Below are positions 47,348 to 63,893 of a DNA stretch of 64,000 nt, in pieces. The notes beneath the pieces are model-generated. The model was not told the DNA's origin. It did not search any database and saw only the letters and a program-made list of their open reading frames with translations. This stretch comes from the human T2T-CHM13v2.0 reference genome, Homo sapiens. Every line of letters begins with the position of its first letter. Position 1 is the stretch's first letter. The stretch lies in NCBI RefSeq assembly GCF_009914755.1, contig NC_060925.1; one strand, written 5' to 3'. A program made the translations under genes and the position numbers.

Positions 47348-47773
47348 TTATTCTTCGTGTCTTTTACTATTTCTTGCTATTATTTTTAATCTTTATGTCT
47401 CTCCATGCTCATTTTGGATTATTTCTTCTGACCTTTCTTCCAATTCACCAATTATCTTTTTTGCTATGTCCAAAATGCTTTAAATTTGCTATTGATTTTT
47501 AAATTTTAGTTAATTGTATTATTCATTTCTAGAAGTTCAGTTTGTCCCTTCAAACCTACTGTCACTTTTCATCCTGTTCCAGGCAAATATTTTCAAGCTA
47601 CTCTATTGTTTATTTAAATATGGTTGTTCTATATTCTATGTAAAATAATTCCAGTGTTTAAATTCTTTATAGATATGTTTCTATTGTCTCTCATTTCTTC
47701 TGGTTCTTGCTGTGTGGTCTCATTTCCTTATGTGCCTGATTATCTTTTTTTTTTTTTTTTTTTTTTTTTTTGA

Positions 47774-48045
<272 letters not shown>

Positions 48046-48259
48046 TGATTATCTTTTACTGTGTGCTGGCCGTCGTACTTAAATATTTCTTTGTGTGACT
48101 CATTTGGAGCCTTGACTGAAGGACCTCCCTCCAGAGAAGGTTTTCATTTGCTTCTTCCAGAAACCTTTGGAAGAAACAAATAGTCTAGGGTCACCTCAAT
48201 CTAAGTTCAAGGCTTGAGGTTACCGACCACCCAGGAGATACAAATTAGAGCTGCAAGTC

Positions 48260-48938
48260 TGTTACTGGAAAGGAGTCCCAATCCAGACCCCAAGAGAGGG
48301 TTTTTAGATCTTGTGCAAGAAAGAATTTGGGGCGAGTCCATAGAGTAAAGTGAAAGCAAGTTTATCAGGAAAGTAAAGGAATGAAAGAATGGCTACTCCA
48401 CAGGTAGACCAGCAGCACCATGGGCCTCTGGTTGTCCATTTTTATGGTTATTTCTTGATTATACACTAAACAAGGGGTAGATTATTTATGAATTTCCAGG
48501 GAAAGGTGTGAGCAATCCCCGGAGCTGAGGGTTCCTCCCCTTTTCAGACCCTATAGGGTAACTTCCAGATGTTGCCATGGCATTTGTCAGCTGTCATGGT
48601 GCTGGTGGGAGTGTCTTCTAGCCTCCTCCTCACCTTACAGCCAGTAAGAAATAGAACCAGGCTAATGTATTATAATTATCATATAGTGAGCAGTGAGGAT
48701 GACCAGAGGTCATTCTCATTGCCATGTTGGTTTTGGTGGGTTTTGGCCGGCTTTTTTACTGCAACCTGTTTTACCAGGAAGGGCTTTATGACCAGTGTGT
48801 TGTGCTGACCTCCTGTCTCATCCTGTGACCAAGAATGCCTAACCTCCTAGGAATGCAGCCCGGTAGGTCTCAGCCTTATCTTACCCAGCCCCTATTCAAG
48901 ATGCAGCTGCTCTTCCTCTGATTCAAACGCCTCTGACA
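48260..48938 (-). mobile_element. MER41 solo LTR (ERV1)
   Basis: Minus-strand start TGTCAGAGGCGTTTGAATCAGAG; plus start TGTTACTGGAAAGG...CAGACCCCAAGAGAGGG; 4-bp TSD AGTC (48256-48259, 48939-48942). Confidence 0.92.
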
Positions 48939-49228
48939 AGTCCATACTGGGGCTGGTTTACTTCTGAGAGTATGGCTCTTTGGGATCCCAACTAATTTGG
49001 GGGAAGGTCTTCTATTTGATCTTCCACCATGTGCTCTGGACTTTTATTTGTGTACATTGCCTAGAGGAGTTATCAAAACAACAGTTCAAACTAGCCCAAA
49101 TCAGGAAGTGCCCTCAGAGTAAATGTGAGTTTCCCGTATGGTTTATCTGTCTACGTTTCTGTTTTCCCTTTAGCTTTGTTCTAGTGATGCCTTACCCTAT
49201 GGCTGCACCAATATGTCAGTGTTTTTAG

Positions 49229-49621
<393 letters not shown>

Positions 49622-50720
49622 TGAAAGAGATGGAAACTGTGGCTTAGAGAGGTGAGGCCACTTGCCTAGGGCCTTACAGCCAGTAAGAAATAGAGCCAGG
49701 CTGCAAGCTGAGGGCCGTTTTACACCAAATTCAGTGTTCTTGTCCCCACTCCCTGGCAGCACCCTCTTGATTTCTTTATATGTAATGAGGAAGTCAGAGA
49801 GTCTCTGAGGGCCCTTTGGACTCAGATGTTCTCCAACCAGGATTTCACGGCTTTTCAAATCTCTAAGACTCACTGAGCCTCCTCCTCACCTTCAGTCTGG
49901 GATTTAGAGAGAATTCCTAGATCAGCCATGAGGGGGCAGTGGTGTGCAGAGAGTGCCCAGATTCTAAAATGATGACACAGCCAAGGGCTTCTTTCTTTGT
50001 GGAGGTCTTTGCTTCTCACTGTCAGAGTAAAAAGAAAATGATGCAGCCTAGTATTCTAAGTCCCCTGTCCCTTCTGCTTCATTTGTCCAAGTCTGGTCGA
50101 TGCCGCCTCTGGCACAGAGGATGGGACACAGAGATAAGTCATGTTGTGTCTCTACCATCAAGGACCCATGGTCCACTAAACCCTCTCCAGGCTAGGTTTC
50201 TGGCTGATTTTCCACCTCCTTGTCTTTGCTCTTGCTGTTCTCTGCACTGAAGTGCCTCCCCTTTCTCATCGCTGCCATTACATTTCCCCTCATTCTTAAG
50301 GTTCAGTTCAGACGCCACCTCCTCTCTGGAGCCTCCCATCCACCCCCATCAGCACCCCGCTCCCTCCCCTGCGCTCCCAGCCCAGGTTCTGAATCTCTCT
50401 CATGGCTTGAATTCAGGTCTGGCCATGTGCTTGTATCACCCTCCAGACTGGAAGCTCCTCAGGCAGCTAGGATCCCCATCAACCCTGGACCCTGTGCCAG
50501 CCCAGAAGATCAAGAGTGCTGGAGAAAGGGAAGCTGGAAGAAGATCTGCTGGCTGGGATTCCTGGCAGGGCTGAAGGAGATCAGAGCCTGCACTGAACAG
50601 ACTCCACCGCGGCAGCTCCTTTCTCTACTCTGGACTCCAATCCTTTTGGGATCCTGCTTTGCACTCACTGATGAGAAAATGACAAGGGACACCTCCAGCT
50701 CCAAGAAACTATGGATTTTA

Positions 50721-51757
<1,037 letters not shown>

Positions 51758-52089
51758 AAAACAGAGAATTTCTGATTAACTTTAGAGCTAGAAAGACCTT
51801 TCTATGCCTCAAAACCAGAAGCCATAAAGAAAAAAGTATATAAATGGCTCTTATGCTTTTGAGGAAATGCTCAGCCTTATTCATAAGGCGATAATTACAA
51901 TTTTAAAATACAATTGAGATTCCATTTTTCTCCTATCAGACTGGCAGAAATCCAAAGGTTTGATAACATTCTCTAAGCAGCACCATGGAAAAGCAGGTAC
52001 GTGTACTGTTGCTGGAGGAGGAGAGTTCCCTCTGCATAATCCCCACGGAGGACAACATGGCAACATCTACCCAAATTACAAAACACCGG

Positions 52090-53020
<931 letters not shown>

Positions 53021-53271
53021 TCAGGAATTCATTTTTGGGAATTTATCCTGCAGGTATACCTGCACACATGTGAAACAGTGCATATGCACAATTACTTATT
53101 GCAGCACTGTTTGTGATAAGAAAAAAAATAGAAAAAACAAACAAACCAGAAACAAATGTCCACCAATAGGGAACTGGTAATTTGAATTATTCTAATCTAT
53201 ATAATAGAATATTTATTATGCAGTGATATAAAAGATCCAGGAAGCTCTCTAATTACTGATAAAGGTCTCTA

Positions 53272-53580
<309 letters not shown>

Positions 53581-55432
53581 TCAAAAAACAAACAAACAAA
53601 CACACAAAAAACAAACAAGGTACAGCATGGTGTGGGTAGATTATTACCTTTTATGTGAAAATGGGCATTAAGAACACATCGCCACTTTTGGCCAGGCATA
53701 GTGGCTCACGCCTGTAATCCTGGCACTTTGGGAGCCCGAGGCGGGTGGATCACTTGAGACCAGAAGTTGGAGCCCAGCCTGGCCAACATAGCAAAACCCT
53801 GACTCTACTAAAAATACAAAAATTAACCAAGCATCATGGTGCATGCCTGTAATTCCAGCTACTCAGGAGGCGGAGGCAAAGGATCGCTTGAACCCAGAGG
53901 CAGAGGTTGCAGTGAGCCGAGATTGCACCATTGTACTACAGCCTGGGCAACAGAGCGAGACCCTGTCTCAAAGAAGAAAAAGAAAGAAAAAAAATCATTA
54001 TTTTTGTACCTGCAGAAAGAAACTGTGAAAGAATACATGAGATACTAATAAAAAGTGGTGACTAATGAACTAAAAATTAACTAAAACTGGATGTTTTTGA
54101 ATAGGTCAACAGGACACTGTCCTCCCCACTTCTTCCCAGGCCTGAGCCCGTTCCCTTACCCTCTCTCCATGGGTTAATTCTAGGGTACATTCCGCATGGA
54201 ATCCTTGACCACTGGCTTCCCCCCACCTTGCTTCCTCTGCTGCCCTAGGGGAACTGGAAAAGAGTGTTCAGATAGCTGTGTCTGAGTGAGTCTTCTCTCT
54301 GGGATTCAGTTTTGCCGCCTGTGAAATGGGGATGATAATACCACATAGGGTTGTTAGGGAGTTAAATGAGATAACCCATGTCAAGTGCCAGCCCAGAGAA
54401 GGTGCCCAGCCCGTAGTAGATGCTCACAGCATTTGTGCTGCTGGATGTGGGAAAGCCCATTCCACCAGGAGGGAGTTTATCAAGCACAAGTAGCTGGATA
54501 ATCAATGGTAGTGATAGCTCCCTTTGCCACCCACTCATCACTGCGGCCGATTACTCCCCCTTGGTGTCTCCATTCCTTCAGTTGCAGAGAGTTGGACCAA
54601 ATGAGCTCTCTCTCACTACATGATTTAAAACCTGCAGTGACCAGGGACGATACCTTCTCATTCCGTATATGGGTTAGCGAAGCCCAGACAGGGTGGTGAC
54701 TTGCTCAAGGTCACATGGCGTGTCAGAGGCAGAGGCAGAGCCAGGACTGGCACTGAGGGCCCCTGACTCCCTGCCAGGCCCTTGACCTGCATGCCTCTCT
54801 CTGCCCACGTGCATTTGTGTCAAAGTAGCCATGTGGTGACACAGGGGAAACTCTGTCCCTCCCCTGGGACTCTACTTATCTTCCCAGGTTCCGATTGTTA
54901 TTACGGAGGGGCCGCTCCCCACCCGGCCAGGTGTCTTCTGGCCCCTCTGCAGGTCTGCTCCTGCCAGGAAACATAGAGTGACACAAACGCATTATTGGTG
55001 CTCTGTGAAGCAGGCACCCCAGAGGACGGGGTGGAGCCAGGGAACAGCCTGGGACTTCCAAGTGCCCACAAGTTGGGGCTCTTGTGTCCACTGGTGCAAG
55101 CTGCCCCCCACAACAGCCTCTGACTTCTAACCGGTCACCTGCAGCTCCCACCTCCCTACCAGCCTCCTGCTCACTGAGCTCCTGCCTTTGAGGGAGTTAA
55201 TTCCCCTCCATGGGCCAGAGAGAGGGGCCTTGAGCTCTGATAGCCTTCCAGACACTAACTGGCTCCAGCTGACCTTCCTACCCATGAGTTTCACGAGTGC
55301 CTCAGGATCCTGAACCACAGATCCCGTCTCTTGTTTAGTTAGTGTGAGTGAAATTGGTTTCTGATATTTGAGCCTTGACCTGCCGTAAAGAATCTGAGCG
55401 CGTTTCCGACAGGGAAATGTCTGCATGTCTTA

Positions 55433-55522
55433 GGTGGGGACATCGGCGGCCCCCTGCCTGTCCATTATGCTCGTTCTGGTGGGGACATTGGCGGCCCTCT
55501 GCTTGTCCATTATGCTCATTCT
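55433..55522. repeat. 45-bp tandem duplication (2 copies)
   Basis: GGTGGGGACAT(C/T)GGCGGCCC(C/T)CTGC(C/T)TGTCCATTATGCTC(G/A)TTCT at 55433 and 55478. Confidence 0.9.
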
Positions 55523-56259
55523 TGGGAGATGTGGGACTGTTTGTTACTATTCAATCTGATGTACAGAGGGGGCGGAGAGAGACCCCTCAAATGTGCAGGC
55601 GTGCGTGTAGAGATTCCAGACTGACTATTCTAATCCTGTTTTGACTGATTTAATCTGGTTTTAGTACAGCTTGGCCCAAAAGGCTTGAGCCAGTTTACAC
55701 TGGTCTCAGCTAGTTTTAACTGGTGGGCTCCATTTGAACATATCTGAGTCTACTTGAGTATTCTGAATTCATCTGTGTCTGTTTTGATTTGGGTTAGCTT
55801 AATAATGGCAGACACTTATTTTGTATTTGTGGTATGTCAGTATTGTCAATTCCAAGTGCCTTACATATATGAATTCATATCATCTTCACAACCACCTTGC
55901 AGGTAGGGACTGTTATTAGCGCCCTCATTTTACACATGGAGAAACTGAGACACGGAGCATTTAAGAAGCTTACCCCTGTTTCCCCGGTTGTTGAGTGGTG
56001 GAGCCAGGCCTGGAACCTGCTTTACCTGGCTACTGAGTGATAAACCTCCTTGAACCTGGCTCTTAACCACAATCAATACCACTCACTGTGGTGCGTGAAC
56101 CACTTCAAGATGACTTGACGTTGCGTGAGCCGGTTTGGTCTGCTTTTGCCAGCATGAGCTGCTTGTGCTGGCGTTACCCGCACACAACCTTGATTTTGGT
56201 GATTCCAATCGACAGATGGAGCTCAGGCCTCGTGGATCCTCCTTGAACTGGAAGCCCAC

Positions 56260-56722
56260 TGTATTTCTTTCCCAGGGCTGCTATGATGAACTGCTACAAA
56301 CGTGGCTGCTTAACACAACAGAAGTTAATTTTCTCAGTTCTGGGGGCCAGAAGTCCAAAATCAAGGTGTCGGCCAGGCTATTCTCCCTCTGTATCCAGAG
56401 GATCAGGGAGAATCTGTTCCTTGCCTCCTCCAGCTTCTGGTGGCTCCAGGTGTTCCTCGAATTGTGGCCACAGAGCTCTGATCTCAGCCTCTGGGGCCAC
56501 ATTGCCTCTTCCTTTCCTGTCTGTGCCCTCTGGGGTCTCTCATAAGGACATTGTCAACAGATTTAGGGTCCACCCAGATAACCCAGGATGATCTCCTTAT
56601 CTCAAAATCCTTAACTTAATTACATCCAAAAGGACTCTTTTTCCAAATAAGGTCACATTCACAAGTTCTGGGGATTAGAACATGGATATATCTTTTTTGA
56701 GACCTCCATTCAACTCATTACA
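56260..56722 (-). mobile_element. MLT1 (C/D-like) MaLR solo LTR
   Basis: TGTATT...CAGGGCTGCT...CAGTTCTGGGGGCCAGAAGTCCAAAATCAAGGTGTCGG...CCAAATAAGGTCACATTCAC...CCATTCAACTCATTACA. Confidence 0.85.
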
Positions 56723-57987
56723 ACCAAAAGGCCACACCACAGTATTTGACCCTGAGAACCCAGCTCTTAAAACTGATTCTTCCTGTTGGATGAGTATTCG
56801 CCCAGCTATTGGGGTTTCATCACTGTCTGCTTGGGGATCAGAAAAGGAAGAGTGTCAAATGTGCTTGGAGCCATGGAAGAGCCTCTTGCACTTTTCAAGA
56901 CCTATATATTAATATTCCTGGCTGGAAGGATCAAGATTTGCTGGAAATGTCAAGTGAGATGTAAAAATGTTTCTGTAAACAGGCACTCAAGGATAGCATT
57001 AGTTTTCTAAGATGTTTGTGGGTGATAACACCAAGCTCTTCTCCTGGGAGAGCATTCTTTAACGAATGTGCAGCTGAAGTGAAGGAGGGCAGGTAATTAA
57101 GAGATGAGGGGAAGCTGTTAACCCCCAAATATCACAAGGAAACAGCACTCAGGGGCCCTTTGTGCTCAACTGGCTCCAAACACCAACGATACAGAAATAT
57201 GACAGAAAAGGGGAAGCTGTGTTTCTGTTTTCTGCATTTCTCCACTTCCATCCACAGTGAATGACCACAGACACTACCAGGTGTGAGAGTCAGCTTAGTC
57301 TTTGGACAGCTGTGGCCATTGCAGAGGCAGTGTGCTGGGGACCTCAGGGCTTGGGCACCAGGACGCTGCTCTGCTCCTAACAGCCGTGTGACCTTGGACA
57401 AGCCAGAGAGTCCTTCTGCATCTTGACTTGCTCATCTGTGAAATGGAGATAATAGGGCTACCTGTGAGTGTATTTGGTAGCATGCTATCTACCATACACG
57501 GCACGTACCCAGCCTCCATCTGACCTCTCTAAATCCACTTTTACCCTGCAATCATCTGTTCTCTCTAGAGCAGCCAGAGTGGGCCTTTGCACATGGAAAT
57601 CAGATGATTTTGCCCTCATGTTTATATCCCCTCAGTGGTCAGAAGACAATTCAAGCCCCTTCCTCCAGCCTGTCCTGCATGATCCGGCCCCAGCCTTCTC
57701 CCAGCCCCTTCCTGCTCCTCTGTGCACCTCGCTTGCTGCACTCCGGATGCTCAGGGCTCTCTCCTGCTTCTCAAGCAGACCAACTTGTGCCAGGCCTCAG
57801 GGCTTTTGCTCATGCTGATCCGGCTTCCTAGGATGCCTCCCCTGGGCCCTGGGAATGGCTGCTTTCTTCTCATCCCTCAGGTGTCAGCTCAAACGTCATC
57901 TCCTCTCTGAGACCGCCTTGACCAGCACATTACACCAGGTTCTTACGCTATGTGCATATCTTCAGAACGCTTCACATTTTGGAATGA

Positions 57988-58251
<264 letters not shown>

Positions 58252-59426
58252 TAGAGACAGGGTTACACCATGTTGCCCAGGCTGATCTCAAACCCCTGAG
58301 CTGAAGCAATCCACCTGCCTTAGGCTCCCAAACTGCTGGGATTACAGGCATGAGCCGCCATGCCTGGCCTCTCTTCCCATTAGACTGCAAACTCCACAAT
58401 AGCAGGAACTCCATCTGTTTGGTTCAACAATGTACACTCAGCACCTAGCACAGAACCTGGCACATCGTAAATGCTTAACAAGTATTTGTTGAATGAATGA
58501 GAAAATCAAATAGTAAAGCATGCCATTGCGTGGCGCAACACACTTCCACATGGCCTGGAATTTTGTCTGCTGCAAGCTCCAGCGTGCTATGACAGCACCA
58601 CACTCTGACTGTCATGCAGCCCTTGATGTGGGACTTTCTACAAAACAGTCCATGAGCCCTGGGAAGCCCCAACATATCACAACATGGCCCAACCGGCTAC
58701 AGTATTAGGCCTGGACAGGGTCTCAGATGCAGTCCCAGGGAGCACTGACCTGAGCTCTGGACATGTCCCACTGACCACAGGGAACCACAAGGAGCCCCAG
58801 CCTTGGAGGGGGTGCTGTTTGGGCCCTGAGCATCTGAACTCCCAGGCCTCAAGTATCAGGTCCTCGGCTAGGGACCTGGGGTGAGCAGACAACAGGTCTT
58901 TGTCTTCCCAGAAAGCCCTGCTCAGCTCACAGAGGAGAATGGCTGATTCCGAGCATTTAGAGCAGTTGTGAAGTTTGTGGGGTGTGGGGAGCTCTGGGAC
59001 TCCATAGAGAGGAGAGCCCTCTGCTCTGCCGTGTGTTCTTAGGCTTGTCACTGTCCCTTTCTGGCTTCACCTCCCTCTGTAAAAGTAAGAGAATACCAGA
59101 GGGCCTCCAGGGAGCATCTGGGTACAGGTTGGTACCAACGCCCAGAGAGGGGCTGCGCTGCCGGGGGTCCGGAGTAAGGGAGGACAAAACCACCACAGGG
59201 ACCTAGGCTACCTGCCTCTTGAAAAGCCGGAAGGGCTCAGAGGGGGAAGTCTCGCTGGTGTCTCCTCCTCTGCTGCTCTGTCCCAGGCCCTTGGATAAGG
59301 CCCCACTTTGCTCAAGAATAAGTCATTGAGTCGGCCAGGCATGGTGGCTCATGCCTGTAATCCCAGCACTTTGGGAGGCTGAGGCGGGCGGATCACAAGG
59401 TCAGGAGATCGAGACCATCCTGGCTA

Positions 59427-59642
<216 letters not shown>

Positions 59643-59856
59643 TCACTAGGAGCCACTAGGAGGCAAAGGGTCAAAGGGTCATGGAAAAGGAAAGTGGGGG
59701 TGTCCAGCACCCCCGGCCCTGCCCTTTTCCTCCTCGGCCAAGGAACCCAGTGAGTCACAAAATTCCACTGGGGCGGGCTCTGTGCCAAGCTGAGTGATGG
59801 TGGGAGGCTCTGGCTCTGCTCCCATCCCCTGCTCTGAGTCCCTGCCTCTTATGCAC

Positions 59857-60188
59857 AGACAGGCAGGCAGACAAGGACAGGCAGATGGCCACAACTCCCA
59901 CACAGATACACAGACACCTCTTAGACAGGGAGGCACAGGCAGGACACACACACAGACATACAAGCCAACAAGTGCAGGCAAACAACACACGCTGGCAGAC
60001 AGACAGATCCATAATGGACACAGAGACAACATCCAGACAGATACACACACACAGATGCACAGGTATGTAGCAGATGGACAGGTAAATGGATAGACAAGCA
60101 GACAATCAGTCAGACAAGGACAGGCAGATAGCCAAAATATCCAGACTCACAGATACACAGGCACATAGCAGATAGACAGGTAAACACA
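59857..60188. repeat. Low-complexity (ACAG/CA)-rich repeat
   Basis: Degenerate cagacaggcagacacacagata-type units. Confidence 0.8.
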
Positions 60189-62099
60189 CTTCGGAAGGCC
60201 AAGGCAGGCGGATTGCTTGAGCTCAGGAGTTGGAGACCAGCCTGGGCAACATGGTGAAACCCCATCTCTACTACAAATACAAAAAAAATTCAGGCAGGCA
60301 TGGCGGTGTGCACCTGTAGTCCCAGTTACTCAGGAAGCTGAGGTGGGAGGATTACTTGAGCCCAGGAGGTCAAGGCTTCAGTGAGTCGAGATCGCGCCAC
60401 TGTACTCCAGCCTGGGTGACAAAGTGAGACCTTGTCTCAAAAAAAAACAAAAAACAAAAAGCAAAAAAAACCCAGACGATCAGATGTGGACTGACAGACT
60501 CAAGCAGAAGCAGAAACACCCCCACAAACACCGCAACTCAGATATACACATGCATACATGCACACAGAGATAACACACCCAGACTCACGAGGGTAGCCTA
60601 TGCGGTGTGATTTTGGGCAAAAGAGAGGCCAGATGTCTCTAAACAAGCCCCCAGCCCCAGAACCATGAAAAAGTAGGTACCATAAAAGTAGGAACTCTGG
60701 ACACGAACTCTTTTGAAAGAAAGCAGCTTTCATCTCTTACCCTGAGGATATGACATTTACCAATACCGAGGGGCCCGTCCTGCAGTAAGATGAATGGAGT
60801 TTAGATAAGAAAAGAGACTTCCCAACCAGGAGCACGTTGAGACCTGTAGTGGGTGACTAAGGGTGACTAGGGGTAAAGGAGTGGGCTGGTGGCAGGCAGG
60901 GAGCCTGTGTTCTGGCTGCACGACCTCAGGCAAGTGCATTCTTCTGAGCCTCAGTTTCCCACCTAGGCTTTGTCCTCCCAGGTCCCTGCAGGGAGCAGAT
61001 GGGCAGCTCCTGGGTGTGTTAGTGCCAGTGCTGGGGCCCCCGGATATTATCCCTCCACCCCCACCACCAGGGCAGGACCCCCTTGGTGACTCACCACCCA
61101 GTGGTCCATGGCAGGGGTAACCCAGCCACAGGTGCCGGTGATCCTCGGCTCTCTCCCTTCCCCCAGGGTCTGGCCAGCTGAGGATGCCCCTTGGTTTGGG
61201 GGAGGTTTGCAGGGAGGTCAGTGGGAGGGCAAAGGGAGTCCCTGATGCCTTCCCCGGGGCCACATGTGAGGCTCAGGCCTGGGCCTGGGAGGGTTTGTCC
61301 AGGTGTAGTCTCTTTTATCCTCTTTGCTGGTAGAGACCTCTGGCCTGGGCCCAACCTGTTGAAGAGAGGGCGTTGCACAATAGGGAGGTAAAAGGTGACG
61401 GCAGACCTGGCGGGACAGAAGCCCCATTGTTTGGGTCCCAGGCCAGCCTGGGCAAAGAAAGGTTTATGCCTGCGGCAGGAAGGAGGGCCTCTGCAGGGGG
61501 TGCCAGCTGGTAGGGCCCTTGCCTTTGGACCCTTGGAGGGGGACAGGTGCCAAGCAGGATGCCCTTGGGTTTGCTAGAGAGGGCAGTGCTCGTCTAGGGG
61601 CCCAAGCAGGCAAGGGAAGGCAGACTCAACAAGGGATCAAAGGGTGCAGAGGCCACCCCCACACCCTGCCCACCTCCCAGGGATGAGCCGCCCAGGGCAC
61701 CTAAGGATCATACTCCTGGAATTCCAATCATTCCTAGGAGCTGGGGTGGCTAGGGGGGCGGCACCCAAGCCTAGGGGGCACAGTGGAGAGGGGTGTGCAT
61801 GGCTATTTTTATTACCGAGGGGTCAGGAGAGGCTTACAGAATTTTGCCTCACATGCCCTCCCCATCATTTCCCAAACTTGTGTCCATAACCCAGAGCTCG
61901 GCTGCCCATATCCCCCCTTCTCCACCAGAGCCCCTCAGCTCCACAGGGATGCCCACTGTGAAGTCCTTCCCAGTGTGAAACCGCAATCCTTCCTGCTTGG
62001 GGTTCCCCTAAGGGAACGGCTTCCGCCACAGGAGACCCAGCCAGGACAATCGTGTGCTTGTCGTTTCTCCACCCTGCAAGCCCATGAGTTGTGGGGTAG

Positions 62100-62200
62100 T
62101 TACTCCAGGTACAAGCCAGGCGCCCCTCCCTTCCGCCACTGCTGGGGCGGTGCAGAGGGCGGGCGGTACAAAAAGCGCCCCGCCCCGCGCTCCTCTCTTG
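62100..62200 (+). promoter_or_regulatory. TINAGL1 core promoter (GC boxes, TATA-like element, small CpG-rich region)
   Basis: GGGGCGG at 62144-62150, GGGCGGGCGG at 62157-62166, TACAAAAAG at 62167-62175 and CGCCCCGCCCC just downstream; local CpG enrichment. Confidence 0.75.
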
Positions 62201-62280
62201 ACTTTGAGCGTCCGGCGGTCGCAGAGCCAGGAGGCGGAGGCGCGCGGGCCAGCCTGGGCCCCAGCCCACACCTTCACCAG
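62195..62280 (+). other. TINAGL1: TINAGL1 non-coding exon 1 (5' UTR); start approximate
   Basis: CpG-rich, ATG-free segment ~25 nt downstream of a TATA-like TACAAAAA, ending at donor CAG/gtaggg (62280/62281). Splicing to the 62819 acceptor gives ...caccagggcccaggagccaccATG. Confidence 0.8.
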
Positions 62281-62833
62281 GTAGGGACGCTCCCCTGCTC
62301 AGAGGGCGGAAGGTGTAGACAGAGAAGAAACAGGGGGAGGGGGCAGGTAGAGGAACCAAGACAGATGGCAGAGAGAGGGACAGTGGAGGGGGACAGAGGG
62401 ACACAGGAACAGAAGAGAGGTGTACCCAAAAGACCGGGGGAGACAGGAAAGCACAAAGTCAAGGACCCAGGTCAGGGATGGAGGCTGCTGGAGGGCAGAG
62501 AGACCTAGGACAGGAGAGAAGACCTTGGGTCCACAGGATGAGTGTTGGGTGGGAGCACCAAGAATGCCACCACCCTCATTTCCTTGTCCTTGAAGGTCCC
62601 TGCCTAGGTCAGGGAGGGGCTCCGTTTCTGCCCAGTCCCCATCCCCCTATAGCCAGGGCCCACACACTGGGGCTCCTCTGCCCGTGTCCTGCCTGGGGAC
62701 TCAGGAATCGGGATCTCCCTCCCTGCTGGGCCCTCTTGAACTCACAGCTCCAGGAAACTGGGAGACTCATCCCTGGTGTTCCAGGGAGTCTCTGCTGCCC
62801 ACCATCTCTGCCCCCCAGGGCCCAGGAGCCACC

Positions 62834-63143
62834 ATGTGGCGATGTCCACTGGGGCTACTGCTGTTGCTGCCGCTGGCTGGCCACTTGGCTCTGGGTGCCC
62901 AGCAGGGTCGTGGGCGCCGGGAGCTAGCACCGGGTCTGCACCTGCGGGGCATCCGGGACGCGGGAGGCCGGTACTGCCAGGAGCAGGACCTGTGCTGCCG
63001 CGGCCGTGCCGACGACTGTGCCCTGCCCTACCTGGGCGCCATCTGTTACTGTGACCTCTTCTGCAACCGCACGGTCTCCGACTGCTGCCCTGACTTCTGG
63101 GACTTCTGCCTCGGCGTGCCACCCCCTTTTCCCCCGATCCAAG
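62834..63143 (+). CDS. TINAGL1: Tubulointerstitial nephritis antigen-like 1, first coding exon (partial CDS; continues beyond window)
   Basis: Kozak gccaccATG at 62834. Translation MWRCPLGLLLLLPLAGHLALG (signal peptide) then AQQGRGRRELAPGLHLRGIRDAGGRYCQEQDLCCRGRADDCALPYLGAICYCDLFCNRTVSDCCPDFWDFCLG (SMB-like Cys pattern), recognised as the TINAGL1 N-terminus. Acceptor ccccccag ends 62818; donor AAG/gtgggc after 63143 (310 coding nt, phase 1). Confidence 0.97.
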
Positions 63144-63893
63144 GTGGGCACTAAGATGGCCAGGAGGGTGGGTCACTTTGTCCACCTCAGACTCAGCAAG
63201 GCTCAAGAGCAAAGCTGATGGATGCACTGACATTTCCAGGGGAAGCTCTGTAGAATCTGGGACTCTTCCCTGCCCCTCTGGGAACTTTACTCTCCAGCAA
63301 GACTGAAGAAGCTCCTTGGTTAGAATTCTAATTTGGCCCAGGGAAAGGGCAACCTCCCACATTTTCTCCCAATCCTGTCTCTTTTCCAGACACGGAAGGT
63401 GCTGGCCGCACCTGCTGACTCACTCTTGGGCTGATAAGGCACATATGGGTTGGTGAGGGTCATCTTAGCCATTTTTCTGCCTTTGCTGAGGATTCTAGGA
63501 TCCTGTGCCCCGAGATGGCTGCTCATACCTGGGAGATGGGTCAAATCTTTTCCTGCTTTCAGCCTCACCATCATCCTTTTCCATGCACTTGCCCCTGTCC
63601 AATAGGAGAATCACTTGCGTTCCTTCCCACAGTTCCATGGGGCTTGGGCCGGCAGACTGCATACCTGAGCTGTCATCTCAAGAGTGCTGTGTTATCTTAG
63701 GACGGTTGCTTACCTTCTCTGGGCCTTGGCTTCCCCATGCTCCTCCCACTCCCCATCTCCAAGCCCTAACTTATTTAAATGGAAAAGGATCCCAGGAATG
63801 TTGTGGCTGGCATCCAAGTAAAGTAAGAGGAATCCAGGTTGGAATCATTGAAGAACTTCCCAAACAGCAGTTGGTGTGTGACCCTGCAGGATT

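Noticed and set aside
55433-55522. Direct repeats as a possible CRISPR-like array
   Set aside because: Only two adjacent copies with no spacers, in eukaryotic DNA; no CRISPR, rRNA or tRNA genes were seen in the window.
62684-62833. N-terminal extension of the TINAGL1 ORF in the track
   Set aside because: Starts at a non-ATG codon in intron 1, upstream of the 62818 acceptor; the Kozak ATG with a signal peptide is at 62834.
61783-63362. Long GC-rich ORFs around the promoter (241, 179 and 206 aa)
   Set aside because: Expected from high GC content and the antisense shadow of the real exon; no recognisable domains.
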